Notes under the pieces: model-generated
What the model was told of the DNA's origin: nothing
Seen by the model: only the letters and a program-made list of their open reading frames with translations
Databases searched by the model: none
Shown here: piece by piece, positions 9,283 through 18,238 of the stretch
Layout of the letters: every line of letters begins with the position of its first letter
Position numbering within the stretch: the stretch's first letter is position 1
IMG/VR virus record: IMGVR_UViG_3300012952_000084
Coordinates: 1 to 29,533 of that record
Strand: one strand, 5' to 3'
Source of the DNA: a virus
Taxonomy: Duplodnaviria; Caudoviricetes
Length of the DNA stretch: 29,533 bases
Position numbers and translations under genes: made by a program

Positions 9283-9672
9283 TTATGCCTTTTTAGTATT
9301 TTTAGTTTGTAAGTTGCTTAGGTACACCATCGCAGTGTCCCAATCATTATACCCTATGCTGTTCCGATATTTAACTGGGTATGAATTAATAATGTTTTGA
9401 ATAGTGCTCTTTTTCCATAAACTTATGGTGTAAGCGTCGATATTTTCTTGGACCTTCAAAGCATTCTTGATCGGCTCTGGCGTGTTCGCGTCATCAATAC
9501 AAGTGGCGCGCATCGACTGAACGACATTGCACGATATATCCAAAACAGACAACAGCCTCAAGCAATCATGCTCTGTTGTTCTTATCGTCAAGTACGATCT
9601 AATTGTGTTGCTCAGGTGAGAAAGAATCTTTGCCATAGCAAATCCGAAAAGACACCATAAAGCGTTTTCCAT
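9283..9672 (-). CDS. Hypothetical protein with hydrophobic N-terminus
   Basis: GAGG RBS; ends 1 nt before clpP. Confidence 0.7.
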   Translation of the reverse strand: MENALWCLFGFAMAKILSHLSNTIRSYLTIRTTEHDCLRLLSVLDISCNVVQSMRATCIDDANTPEPIKNALKVQENIDAYTISLWKKSTIQNIINSYPVKYRNSIGYNDWDTAMVYLSNLQTKNTKKA

Positions 9673-9705
9673 ATATTCCTCGTAATAAGTTGTTCGCTGT
9701 TTTAC

Positions 9706-9731
9706 AAAAAAAGCTGCACAACTGCAGCTTT
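9706..9731 (-). terminator. Intrinsic terminator
   Basis: Minus strand reads AAAGCTGCA-GTTG-TGCAGC followed by a T7 run. Confidence 0.75.
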
Positions 9732-9745
9732 ATTGCTGTGTCATT

Positions 9746-9774
9746 AATATAACACTATTTCTTTGTAATGTCAA
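9746..9774 (-). promoter_or_regulatory. Sigma70-type promoter
   Basis: TTGACA (9774-9769), 17 nt, TATATT (9751-9746), with TGn extension. Confidence 0.6.
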
Positions 9775-10513
9775 GCAATCTTGCTGCTACTCGACGAGTT
9801 AAATTATCGAGCACAGATTCTTCTAACGGAAGCGCACTTCCGGGATGCGACCCCATGTGGGTTTGGCTGGCTTTTGCTTTGCCTCCGCCAAAATGGTGCT
9901 CGCCGGCACTGCTTTTTTGATTATCGTCAGAAGAAGAACCCTCTTCCGAGTTCCCACCCTTAGACAACATATCTTCGCCGCCAGCAATGTGCTTGTGTGC
10001 CTCTAAAAGCTGTGCGATCTGGTTTCTGACATAAGCGCGCAACTTGTTCTCGTAAACGCCGGCAGAATCTCTCATGGCTGGATCCTCAAGCATGTCAGGG
10101 CCTTCTGCGTCAAGCTCCATCGGCAACTCTTCATCGCCAACATCGCTCAAATCGGGCATGCCGGCTTCTTCGCCCTCTTCTCCAGAAACACTAAGCTGAA
10201 CGCCGGATTGTTGAACTTCTGGATGCCCTTGGATTGCATCGACAATTGCGACAACAAGACCTTCGACATCAAAATCGCCCGGGCCTGCGGGAGATGCTTC
10301 GCCGCCCACATCAAGCGCGGCCGCATCAACGGCAGGATCTGCTAAGGGATCGGCACCAACAGGGTCGGCATCTTCGTCTTCTATCATACCGTCATCTAGT
10401 TGTTCACCTATGGATCGACGAGTATCGATAAAAGGATTGGTGAGCGGCTCTACAGACGCTAGCTTCATAAATCTTCGGATTTGGTTTTCCGATAAAAGTG
10501 TTTTCTTGCTCAT
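9755..10513 (-). CDS. Acidic low-complexity protein, probable internal head/scaffold-like virion protein
   Basis: MSKKTLLSENQIRRFMKLA leader, D/E/A/G-rich body, repeated [LIV]xE sites, amphipathic C-terminal LTRRVAARLL. AGGAG RBS. Confidence 0.6.
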   Translation of the reverse strand: MSKKTLLSENQIRRFMKLASVEPLTNPFIDTRRSIGEQLDDGMIEDEDADPVGADPLADPAVDAAALDVGGEASPAGPGDFDVEGLVVAIVDAIQGHPEVQQSGVQLSVSGEEGEEAGMPDLSDVGDEELPMELDAEGPDMLEDPAMRDSAGVYENKLRAYVRNQIAQLLEAHKHIAGGEDMLSKGGNSEEGSSSDDNQKSSAGEHHFGGGKAKASQTHMGSHPGSALPLEESVLDNLTRRVAARLLDITKK

Positions 10514-10554
10514 TTGATGTGTTTCTCCTGTTGGTAAGCAAATTGGCGTACAAA

Positions 10555-10563
10555 ATAAATAGT
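10555..10563 (-). promoter_or_regulatory. Candidate late promoter ACTATTTAT
   Basis: Identical to the copy at 223-231; intergenic. Confidence 0.5.
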
Positions 10564-10596
10564 TAACTAAATCGATAAATGCATAAATTTATTTAT

Positions 10597-10833
10597 TTAT
10601 TGCATTTTGGTTTTCAATCTCTTGAGGGCCTTTTTTTCTATCTGTTGTATCCTAACAAAGGATACACCCTCTCTTTCCGCAATCTGTCGCAGAGTCATTG
10701 AACCGTTTTCTGCAATTGAGATATTTGCACAATTCAAATCTTCCTCATAGTCTATCCACATTTTACACTCTTCGACGGGACATGAAGTTTTAAGTTCTTT
10801 GCATTTCCTCGCACATAATTTAAGTAGTTTCAC
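10597..10833 (-). CDS. Stand-alone sigma70 region 4 HTH protein with Cys-rich N-terminus
   Basis: MTLRQIAEREGVSFVRIQQIEKKALKRL matches region 4.2 (TLEEIG..GVTRERIRQIEAKALRKL); five Cys upstream. Confidence 0.8.
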   Translation of the reverse strand: MKLLKLCARKCKELKTSCPVEECKMWIDYEEDLNCANISIAENGSMTLRQIAEREGVSFVRIQQIEKKALKRLKTKMQ

Positions 10834-10839
10834 GACACT

Positions 10840-11160
10840 CTACACTCCCATTTCTTCAGCAATGATATCAAATATGTTTTCAATGTCTGAGTCAGTCAGA
10901 CCAAAATCAGAGGCCGTCATTGCAGCAGCATTTTCTTCTCGGATTAGTTTGTTGCTCCGAGATTTATTTTTAATAAGGCTCGCGCGAGTCTCCTGAACCC
11001 ATTCGAGCAGCGCGGGCTCATCATTGACATAAGCTTGCACAATTGAATTAAAAAACATAACTTGCGTTAAGCCGTCGCGATGAAGTTTAATTTTGAACGC
11101 TGCTTTCAAGCCCTCTGTGGTCTCGAAAATAACTCTATCGCTTTTTGCGCTGGACATCAT
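10840..11160 (-). CDS. Hypothetical protein, possible ribbon-helix-helix regulator
   Basis: RVIFET strand followed by LKAAFKIKLHRDGLTQVMFFNSIVQAYV. Confidence 0.5.
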   Translation of the reverse strand: MMSSAKSDRVIFETTEGLKAAFKIKLHRDGLTQVMFFNSIVQAYVNDEPALLEWVQETRASLIKNKSRSNKLIREENAAAMTASDFGLTDSDIENIFDIIAEEMGV

Positions 11161-12188
11161 TTTCCTCGGCCGAGAATATGTGTGCTACTCTCGGCTGCTC
11201 CCGCATAGGTTTGTTCTATAAATTCAGCCTTGCTTTGAAGTTCTGTGATGTTCCGCGCTCCGCTATAGGAAAGGCCGGAACGAATGCCTAAGGCTATTGA
11301 ATCGATTACATCGCGCAGAGGGCCCTTGGTTGCAACAACTGCGGACACGCCCTCAACAGAGGCTGTGCTACCGCGCCACTCAATCTGCGCTTCGCTACTA
11401 GCCATGCCGCGATATGTTTTAAATGACTGACCACTCTTATCGTATATAAGATCGCCGGGAGTCTCTATTGTTCCAGCGAGCAAAGAGCCAACCATTGCAA
11501 AATCTGCACCGGCAGCCAAAGCTTTAACTATGTCTCCGCTTGTCTTCATTCCGCCGTCGGCGATAATTTTTGCATTACGATCCGATACGGAGCAGTCAAG
11601 CACCGATTGGAGCGTTGGGACACCATGACCAGTTTGAATTCGGGTCGAACAGATTGAGCCTCCGCCAATCCCTACGCGGACGGCGTCAGCCCCCCAGTCG
11701 GCTAAGTCATTGAATCCCTCTATGGTTGCAACATTTCCAGCAATAACATAAATTTTATTTCCGAATTTATCGCGAATATTTTTCAAAGCGCGTTCGACCA
11801 AAACATGGTGGCCGTGAGCCACATCAACACAAATAGTTTGTACTCCCATCTGTATTGCCAACTTGACCCTCATCATATAGTCGCCAGATACACCTACCGC
11901 GATTCCGGATAGCAATTCATCCCTTTTGCAATACTCTTGCGCTTTTAAGATTGAGTTGATTTGATCTGCCGGAGTGTTGTAGCGATGCATTACGGCCATG
12001 GCCCCTAAGCGAGACATCTCCGCCGTCAACATGGGGCCAGTTACAGTATCCATTGGACTAGCGATAACCGGCACGGATAACCTAAGATTGTCGCTTAAAG
12101 CGGAGCCAATATCAATTTCACTTCTCGACTCTATGTCGGAGTATCTCGGTGATAACAAGACATCCTCAAAGCTTACACTACTTCTCAT
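11157..12188 (-). CDS. IMP dehydrogenase / GMP reductase family enzyme (no CBS domains)
   Basis: [36 protein letters not shown] (catalytic Cys), [22 protein letters not shown]. Confidence 0.92.
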   Translation of the reverse strand: MRSSVSFEDVLLSPRYSDIESRSEIDIGSALSDNLRLSVPVIASPMDTVTGPMLTAEMSRLGAMAVMHRYNTPADQINSILKAQEYCKRDELLSGIAVGVSGDYMMRVKLAIQMGVQTICVDVAHGHHVLVERALKNIRDKFGNKIYVIAGNVATIEGFNDLADWGADAVRVGIGGGSICSTRIQTGHGVPTLQSVLDCSVSDRNAKIIADGGMKTSGDIVKALAAGADFAMVGSLLAGTIETPGDLIYDKSGQSFKTYRGMASSEAQIEWRGSTASVEGVSAVVATKGPLRDVIDSIALGIRSGLSYSGARNITELQSKAEFIEQTYAGAAESSTHILGRGK

Positions 12189-12489
12189 TTTTATCTTTCT
12201 CCCTCTCTCTTAAAATTTCTCCGGTCTCTTGTATGCCTTCGACAGCAGCAGCGACCATGTTAAACGCCATCTGCCAACAGCTCGGACAATAGAGATTCAC
12301 GCGATTTTCGGATTCTCGGACCGCCACATTCCATGTCGATAACATCTTCCTGTCCTTCTTGTCGAAAGGCTTTTCGCACGCAGTACACATTTCGGGAAGC
12401 TTGTCGAATAGCATCATCTTATCTGCTAAATCATTCTCTCCCTTTTTCCGTTGCTGTTTGGCTAAAGCACGCCTTTGTTTGCGATTCAC
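12178..12489 (-). CDS. Small Zn-finger protein
   Basis: CTAC...CPSC; basic MNRKQRRA N-terminus. Confidence 0.7.
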   Translation of the reverse strand: MNRKQRRALAKQQRKKGENDLADKMMLFDKLPEMCTACEKPFDKKDRKMLSTWNVAVRESENRVNLYCPSCWQMAFNMVAAAVEGIQETGEILREREKDKNEK

Positions 12490-12977
12490 GCTCTCTCCAT
12501 AGAAAAAATTTTCGGCCGAACTCCGTAGCTCATCTGGGGTGAACTATCAAACACCACCACCGCGGAGGGGAACGGCGCCGAGTTTTCACTCTCGCCAAAC
12601 TTGAGGCGGCCTTTAACCAAATGAATCTCGGAAGCCTGCATAACATATTTATGCCAATATTTTGTATCGGTGCGCGCGGGAATCAACATGACTACCCGGG
12701 TGCCCTCTGCTTTAGAAGATTCATAACCCTTTTGAATCCATTTATCAATCCCTCTTCCATACGGAGGATTGACAAACGCTGTATGCCCAGCCCAATCTTT
12801 AGACAGACCATCATCTGCTTCTGTATAAAAAGCTGCACACTTTGCATTTTTGCCGTTGGCGCACGGGTCAAGATCAAACGGTCCGAACCGCCAATTTAAC
12901 CTGTCGTAAAATTCTTGTGGAGTCGACCAATTGCCGGTTTTGCTAGAGAACATGACCTTTTGTGTTGCTTTATTCAC
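12486..12977 (-). CDS. Phage-type DNA N6-adenine methyltransferase (Dam family)
   Basis: WSTP, FDLDPCA, DGL, FVNPPY, LIPARTDT, GRLKF, APFPS. GTG start at 12977 with GGGAG RBS is preferred over 13034. Confidence 0.9.
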   Translation of the reverse strand: MNKATQKVMFSSKTGNWSTPQEFYDRLNWRFGPFDLDPCANGKNAKCAAFYTEADDGLSKDWAGHTAFVNPPYGRGIDKWIQKGYESSKAEGTRVVMLIPARTDTKYWHKYVMQASEIHLVKGRLKFGESENSAPFPSAVVVFDSSPQMSYGVRPKIFSMERA

Positions 12978-13428
12978 CTGTACTCCCAAGTGCTCCAGTA
13001 CCTCGATCACTAATGGTGATTGGATACCATTCATATAAATTGTCTGCGGTAGTCTCTACTGCTCGAAATGAGACAACCGGAATCATAACTACCTGTGCTA
13101 TCTTCGTGTGCGGCTCCACAACTTGCGTTTCGGTACCAATATTGTGAAGGTTAATAAACAGATCTCCATCATAGCCGCTGTCAACAACACATGCGCCGAC
13201 AACAAGAGAGCGCTTGGCAGCTACGCTAGAGCGGTTTTTTACCTCTAACATGTATCCATGTGGCACTCCAAACTTTAGGCCAGTCTCTAATATTACACTC
13301 TTGCCCGGGGCAATTGTGATGGCGCAGTGATCCTTTGGAGAAAAATATATATCTAACCCCGCATCACTGGGGTTGCTGCGGGTTGGTGGCCGTACATTCA
13401 GATGCGTGCGGTGGTACTCGACTATCAT
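12970..13428 (-). CDS. dut: Trimeric dUTPase
   Basis: DAGLD, NRSS, VVDSGYDG, KIAQ, RGTGALGSTG. Confidence 0.95.
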   Translation of the reverse strand: MIVEYHRTHLNVRPPTRSNPSDAGLDIYFSPKDHCAITIAPGKSVILETGLKFGVPHGYMLEVKNRSSVAAKRSLVVGACVVDSGYDGDLFINLHNIGTETQVVEPHTKIAQVVMIPVVSFRAVETTADNLYEWYPITISDRGTGALGSTGE

Positions 13429-13475
13429 TGTTTCCTCGCAGTCTTTTTATTGTTTTCTTTGTTATTCGGATCCAT
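13425..13475 (-). CDS. 16-aa mini-ORF MDPNNKENNKKTARKQ
   Basis: Strong AAGGAGAGG RBS; its TGA overlaps the dut ATG (ATGA); lies directly after a promoter. Confidence 0.5.
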   Translation of the reverse strand: MDPNNKENNKKTARKQ

Positions 13476-13495
13476 TATCCTCTCCTTATGATTAT

Positions 13496-13524
13496 AATTT
13501 AACACAAATTTGACACAGTGTCAA
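13496..13524 (-). promoter_or_regulatory. Sigma70-type promoter with palindrome over the -35
   Basis: TTGACA (13524-13519), 17 nt, TGn-TAAATT (13501-13496); inverted repeat TTGACAC-A-GTGTCAA at 13510-13524. Confidence 0.65.
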
Positions 13525-14180
13525 GTAAGGTTTTCAATTAATGCTTCTAAAAATTCTTTCTTTTGCTCTTCTGTATGTAGCGCTAAAAGGCCGCTAACTG
13601 TTATTTTTGCTGGCCGGCCATACTGGTCAAATACCCAATTGTCTTTAGCGACCTTGTTGCATATCTGACACTGTGGGATGATGTTTGCGTTGTCCATGGG
13701 TAACGATGGGTCTCTATGTCCCTTTTCCAGTGTAGTAATAATATTATCATAGCGATGCACTTCGCCTTCGGCCGATCCGCATGTAGCACAGTTATTATCA
13801 TATCTTCGCTTGATTGATTCAAAGTCAAGCATGTCCTCTGTGCGTCGACGGAAGTTATAATATGGATTGAGTTCGGTCAAATTAAGCAACACATACTCTC
13901 CCCTTTTAAGCTTTCTGTCATTGTATTTTGCTCCGTGCTGCAATATATTGTAGCCGTCTTGCTTGCCCAAATGTCTTAGAGCTTGTAGATCTTTCGGCTG
14001 TTGTTTAAGCCGTTCAGCGATACAAAGTTCTGCTTCTGATTTTTTAACTACTCTGCCCATATTTTGATACAGATATAATAAAGCTTGTCCTTTTTGCGTT
14101 TTGTGTCTTGGCAGCTTGACACCCTTTTCTCTCAACCTGCCCTTGTTGTAGGCGATTTCTAGATCTTTGTAGGTTTTCAC
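13521..14180 (-). CDS. HNH endonuclease, restriction-enzyme-like
   Basis: CATCG...LEKGHRDP...NIIPQCQICN; N-terminal LRHLGKQDGY domain. GTG start. Confidence 0.8.
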   Translation of the reverse strand: MKTYKDLEIAYNKGRLREKGVKLPRHKTQKGQALLYLYQNMGRVVKKSEAELCIAERLKQQPKDLQALRHLGKQDGYNILQHGAKYNDRKLKRGEYVLLNLTELNPYYNFRRRTEDMLDFESIKRRYDNNCATCGSAEGEVHRYDNIITTLEKGHRDPSLPMDNANIIPQCQICNKVAKDNWVFDQYGRPAKITVSGLLALHTEEQKKEFLEALIENLT

Positions 14181-14183
14181 AGA

Positions 14184-14786
14184 TCACTCAAAGCTAAAGT
14201 CAACATCGACAGAAAAAACAAATTTAGGCACCCTCAACTCGGTGGCCAAGTTGTGCTGTAGGCATTCTTCCGCATCTAAAAACCAATCTGCATGGCCCTT
14301 TTCGTGGATATGCTTGAGGAAGTAGTCAGACCGCTTGCCGCAGTTTTTGGCCATCATCTTATAGACCTTTTGGTTCAACCTTTCTGCTTCTGCAGCATCG
14401 GCCTTAATTTCTTCAATTTTCCCCCAGGCTCCGGTACTGACATCGTGAATCATCACTGTCGCGTCCGGATCCATGTACCTCATGCCTTTCGAGCCAAACG
14501 AAAACAGGATGGCGCCACAAGACATTGCTTTACCTTGCACGATCGTAGCCACGGGAAGCTCCGCATGTTTAATATCACCGACCATGGACATTAAACTATA
14601 TACCTGTCCGCCATAAGAGTCAATGACAACAGGAATGACTGGTTGGCCTGTGCTGTGGGCCAAGCTCATACTATGAGAAAAGGCTTTTGCCGAAGTTTCA
14701 TCAAACTTGTTAACTCGTATGATAACCGGCTCTTTGCTTAGTTCGTACTTTTGTATAAGTGGGTGCTTTTTGTAAATCGTTTTCAT
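14184..14786 (-). CDS. clpP: ClpP-like protease, paralog 2
   Basis: IDSYGG, AMSCG (Ser), MIHD (His), ADWFLDAEE (Asp); triad intact. Confidence 0.9.
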   Translation of the reverse strand: MKTIYKKHPLIQKYELSKEPVIIRVNKFDETSAKAFSHSMSLAHSTGQPVIPVVIDSYGGQVYSLMSMVGDIKHAELPVATIVQGKAMSCGAILFSFGSKGMRYMDPDATVMIHDVSTGAWGKIEEIKADAAEAERLNQKVYKMMAKNCGKRSDYFLKHIHEKGHADWFLDAEECLQHNLATELRVPKFVFSVDVDFSFE

Positions 14787-17700
14787 GCTAATAACCTAAA
14801 GTTGTGTCTTATTGAGCGAGTGGAGAATCCCCACTGGGGATCATGATCAAGTCGAGCCATGTACGGTCGATTAATCTGTATGCTGTCTTTGAACGGGCGT
14901 ACGCCCCAGCACTTAATGCTTGTCGAATTGCTAGAATCATCGATTACTTCGACAATCCAGTAGTCTTTTCCATTTTTAGTCTTTCTCGATGTAACTTTTC
15001 GCGGTATAAACCAGACAAGTTGTAAATCTGGGTCGAACTCGGAGATAGGCGGCACAAATCTTTCACTGAGCTGACCACGAACATAGTCGTCCATAACCAA
15101 GTTAATCGGAAACACGCCTGTCAAATCGACTAAATATTGAATCTTGTCTTCTTCCGTAAACGATGCCTCTGCCGCATACATCTCTATGTTTTCATCTAGG
15201 TTTTTTTGCTTCCTAGGTCGATCGACGGCTACGGCGCTCCAAAAATGTTTATCTCCGGTGAAGCGGTCGTCTATTAGGCAATCCATCGTTCCGGAGCGGA
15301 TAAGTACATCTAGAGCCTTTTTGTTTAACTTGCTATACACAATATCCTCATTAAACAAAAAGTCTTCCACTACTTGAAATGGTCGATTCGCAACTATCTG
15401 CTCGATAGCCGCGTCTCCAAGGCCCTTGATTGAAGTGAGTGGTTGAATCAAGGTTTTACCGTCTTGCGTGATTTCCCACACAGCGCCTGATGTGTTGACA
15501 TCAAGAGAGCGGATCTGAAAGCCCATACTTTTAGCTGTATTGATCGCGCGCTCTTTGCGTCGTTCCGGCTCTTTGTCCAGAAAGGCGGCTACCCACTCCG
15601 GAGTGTAGTGGTGGCAGAGCCATGCGCACTGATAACTAAGAATGCAATAGGATACCGCATGCGACTTATTAAATCCATACCCCGAGAAATACTCAAATGT
15701 ATCCCACAATTTTTGCGCATCGACTCTGTGTACCTTTTTCTGTAGACAACCTGTGATGAACTTCTTATAGATCTTTTCCTTTTCTCTCGCTCCCTTGCCC
15801 GTGCCCTTCTTGGTCAAAAGCTTTCGAAGCTTATTACCCTCATCCAATGATACATCGCTTCCTAGCTTGTGTGCAAGAATGGCAATCTGTTCTTGGAAAA
15901 TAAGAAAGCCGTATGTATCCGAAGTAACCTCTTCGACGATCGGGTGTATGTATTTAATATATTGGGGATTCTCTTTCGCCTCGACATACTTATCGTCAAC
16001 ATCAGCGCTAAGTGGTCCCGGACGGTAAATCGAAGTAATCGCAGAAAGGTCAATTATGTTAGTAGGCTTAGCTTTCATGCAAAATTCTTGTGCACCACGC
16101 TCAGTAAACTGAAAGATTCCGGCCCACTTTCCAGTGTGAAATACATCTTTATAAACACTCTCCTCTTCAAAGTTCATAACATCGGGATGAAGATGTGTAT
16201 CATAATAGTTCTTGACATCCTCATATGTCGGGTCTTCAATGTTGTGATGGCGGCGCAAAATATGCTCGATGCACCCCTCAATCATCCGAAGAGTTGAAAG
16301 TCCTAAAATGTCGAACTTAATGAACCCCATCGGCTCCAAGTGACGCACATTCTGTCCTTCGCTCCACGGAGTCTGTCTCACACCTCCGGAGTTAATTAAT
16401 GGCATAAAATTATCAAGGTTTTCTCCGACAACAACTCCTCCCGCATGGCGCGAGCAGGAGCGCACTTGACCATAAAGCACATCGATATGGTTTGCAACCT
16501 TTGGATACTTATTTAGAAAAGCTTGTAACGAGGGGCTAAATTCCTTTACCTCCTCAAATGTCGGAACATAAACTCCGGCCTTAATCCCATGCTTTTGCTT
16601 GGCGGCTGGGGTGGCCTCATAAATCATCTTCCCCGTAACAGTGTTAACTTCCGTAAACGGAATTTCGTAAAGCTTTGAAATATCCTTAACCAAAGAGCGC
16701 AACTGTAGCGTATTCCAGTTCGAAATAGGTACAACCGTATCATCCCCCCATTCCTCAATAAGTTGCTCTTTAAGCTGCATCGGGTCCGATACATCAAAAT
16801 CGATATCTGGGTAGTCCGTGGCATCGGCTCTGAGAAACCGCGAAAACAGAAGGCCGTGCCTAATCGGATCAACTTGCGTAATGTTTAACGCGTAAGCAAC
16901 CAGCGAACCAGCGGCAGATCCTCGGCCCGGGCCGGCGAGCATGCACGCAGAAGCCTTATCGGCAATTGCTTTCATTGTCAGGAAATACTTTGAGAACCCT
17001 CGATCATCAATGACCTTAAGTTCTGTTTTAAGGCGCTCTATGTACTCTGTGTTGTCTCCTAAACCCAGAGAACCTAAACCATCCATGGAGAGCTTTACAA
17101 GCGCTTGTGTTGCCGTCAGGCCCGGCGGTACAACAAAGTCTGGGAGGCGTACGGTATTGTCTGGAAAGAACTTCTCGATTCTCTCTGTTGCGATTAGATG
17201 CGTGTTGGTAATCGAGCGCATCACCATATCATCATCATATTCTATATCGGCTGCCTCGGAATACTTCTTGTAGCTCTCCCACATCTGATCGCCATTCTTT
17301 GGGTATAGCTCGTAGCCAACTTCTTCGACGCCAATTGGCAACTCCGAAGACATGTATTCTGGCAACCCCCCTTTGCCCAGCCAACCAAGCCTAGTATAAA
17401 GCTCGCGATCCTTCCACGCTGTAGGGTTTGGATAGTGACTATCTGCAGTAGAGATAAGCTCTACGCCGAACTCTTGAGCGACCTGTATGATCAGTTGATT
17501 CAATTCATGTTGCTCTGGAATGTTGTTCCACTGTAGCTCTGCGTACCATCTATCTCCAAAGATGCCTTGCATTCGACGAGTAGTTTCTCGCATGTTATCT
17601 AATGCCGCGGTGGTGTCGCAACCAGTCCGGTTACCTTCCTTATCATGAATACTGGCAGACCAATAGTTGCCAGCATACACCCCGCCCAAACACGCAGAGG

Positions 17701-18238
17701 CGGCGATGATCCCCTCGTTATATTTTTCAAGCATCGCGTAATCAATTCGCGGATAGCGGTAAAAATTCTCGGACTTATAACTTTCCGATACCAGCTTGAA
17801 TAAGTTATTTAGGCCAGTCTGATTTTGAACTAATAAAACAAGGTGACGACGAGCTTTAAGAATATCTTGCGAACGCTTACTTGCTCCCTCGTCCTCAACC
17901 GAAGCTCTCGCAGCGCTGTCCTTTGCAATTGCTCGGGCCCTCTTTTTATCTTCCATGGCGCGGTTATACTCTTCGCGCCATTGTTCGTGGGACGGAATAA
18001 AATACGCCTCCATGCCGTAAATTGGCTTAAAATCTTTGCCTTCAGACTCCATCTTTTTTGCATGCAAAACTTGATACGCAAGGCCATTCATGTTTCCATG
18101 ATCTGTCAGAGCTAGGGCGTCACAACCATTCTCGTGTGCAAAGTCCATATGTTCTGCAGGATATCCTAGAGCGTCAAAGATCGACCCTGCTACGGAATGT
18201 GCGTGTAGTCCAACAAACTTAATCTTAGGTTTAGACAT
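14783..18238 (-). CDS. dnaE: DNA polymerase III alpha subunit (family C)
   Basis: PHP motifs LHAHS/TDHG/DSHY; GRGSAAGSL, PDIDFD, HAGG, KFDILGL, RPGP, FQEQ, YGFNKSH, SIKGLG. ATG at 18238 with GGAG RBS. Confidence 0.97.
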   Translation of the reverse strand: MSKPKIKFVGLHAHSVAGSIFDALGYPAEHMDFAHENGCDALALTDHGNMNGLAYQVLHAKKMESEGKDFKPIYGMEAYFIPSHEQWREEYNRAMEDKKRARAIAKDSAARASVEDEGASKRSQDILKARRHLVLLVQNQTGLNNLFKLVSESYKSENFYRYPRIDYAMLEKYNEGIIAASACLGGVYAGNYWSASIHDKEGNRTGCDTTAALDNMRETTRRMQGIFGDRWYAELQWNNIPEQHELNQLIIQVAQEFGVELISTADSHYPNPTAWKDRELYTRLGWLGKGGLPEYMSSELPIGVEEVGYELYPKNGDQMWESYKKYSEAADIEYDDDMVMRSITNTHLIATERIEKFFPDNTVRLPDFVVPPGLTATQALVKLSMDGLGSLGLGDNTEYIERLKTELKVIDDRGFSKYFLTMKAIADKASACMLAGPGRGSAAGSLVAYALNITQVDPIRHGLLFSRFLRADATDYPDIDFDVSDPMQLKEQLIEEWGDDTVVPISNWNTLQLRSLVKDISKLYEIPFTEVNTVTGKMIYEATPAAKQKHGIKAGVYVPTFEEVKEFSPSLQAFLNKYPKVANHIDVLYGQVRSCSRHAGGVVVGENLDNFMPLINSGGVRQTPWSEGQNVRHLEPMGFIKFDILGLSTLRMIEGCIEHILRRHHNIEDPTYEDVKNYYDTHLHPDVMNFEEESVYKDVFHTGKWAGIFQFTERGAQEFCMKAKPTNIIDLSAITSIYRPGPLSADVDDKYVEAKENPQYIKYIHPIVEEVTSDTYGFLIFQEQIAILAHKLGSDVSLDEGNKLRKLLTKKGTGKGAREKEKIYKKFITGCLQKKVHRVDAQKLWDTFEYFSGYGFNKSHAVSYCILSYQCAWLCHHYTPEWVAAFLDKEPERRKERAINTAKSMGFQIRSLDVNTSGAVWEITQDGKTLIQPLTSIKGLGDAAIEQIVANRPFQVVEDFLFNEDIVYSKLNKKALDVLIRSGTMDCLIDDRFTGDKHFWSAVAVDRPRKQKNLDENIEMYAAEASFTEEDKIQYLVDLTGVFPINLVMDDYVRGQLSERFVPPISEFDPDLQLVWFIPRKVTSRKTKNGKDYWIVEVIDDSSNSTSIKCWGVRPFKDSIQINRPYMARLDHDPQWGFSTRSIRHNFRLLA

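Noticed and set aside
10575-10607. AT-rich imperfect inverted repeat AAATGCA...TGCATTT
   Set aside because: Weak stem with a long loop, overlapping a stop codon; not a convincing terminator.
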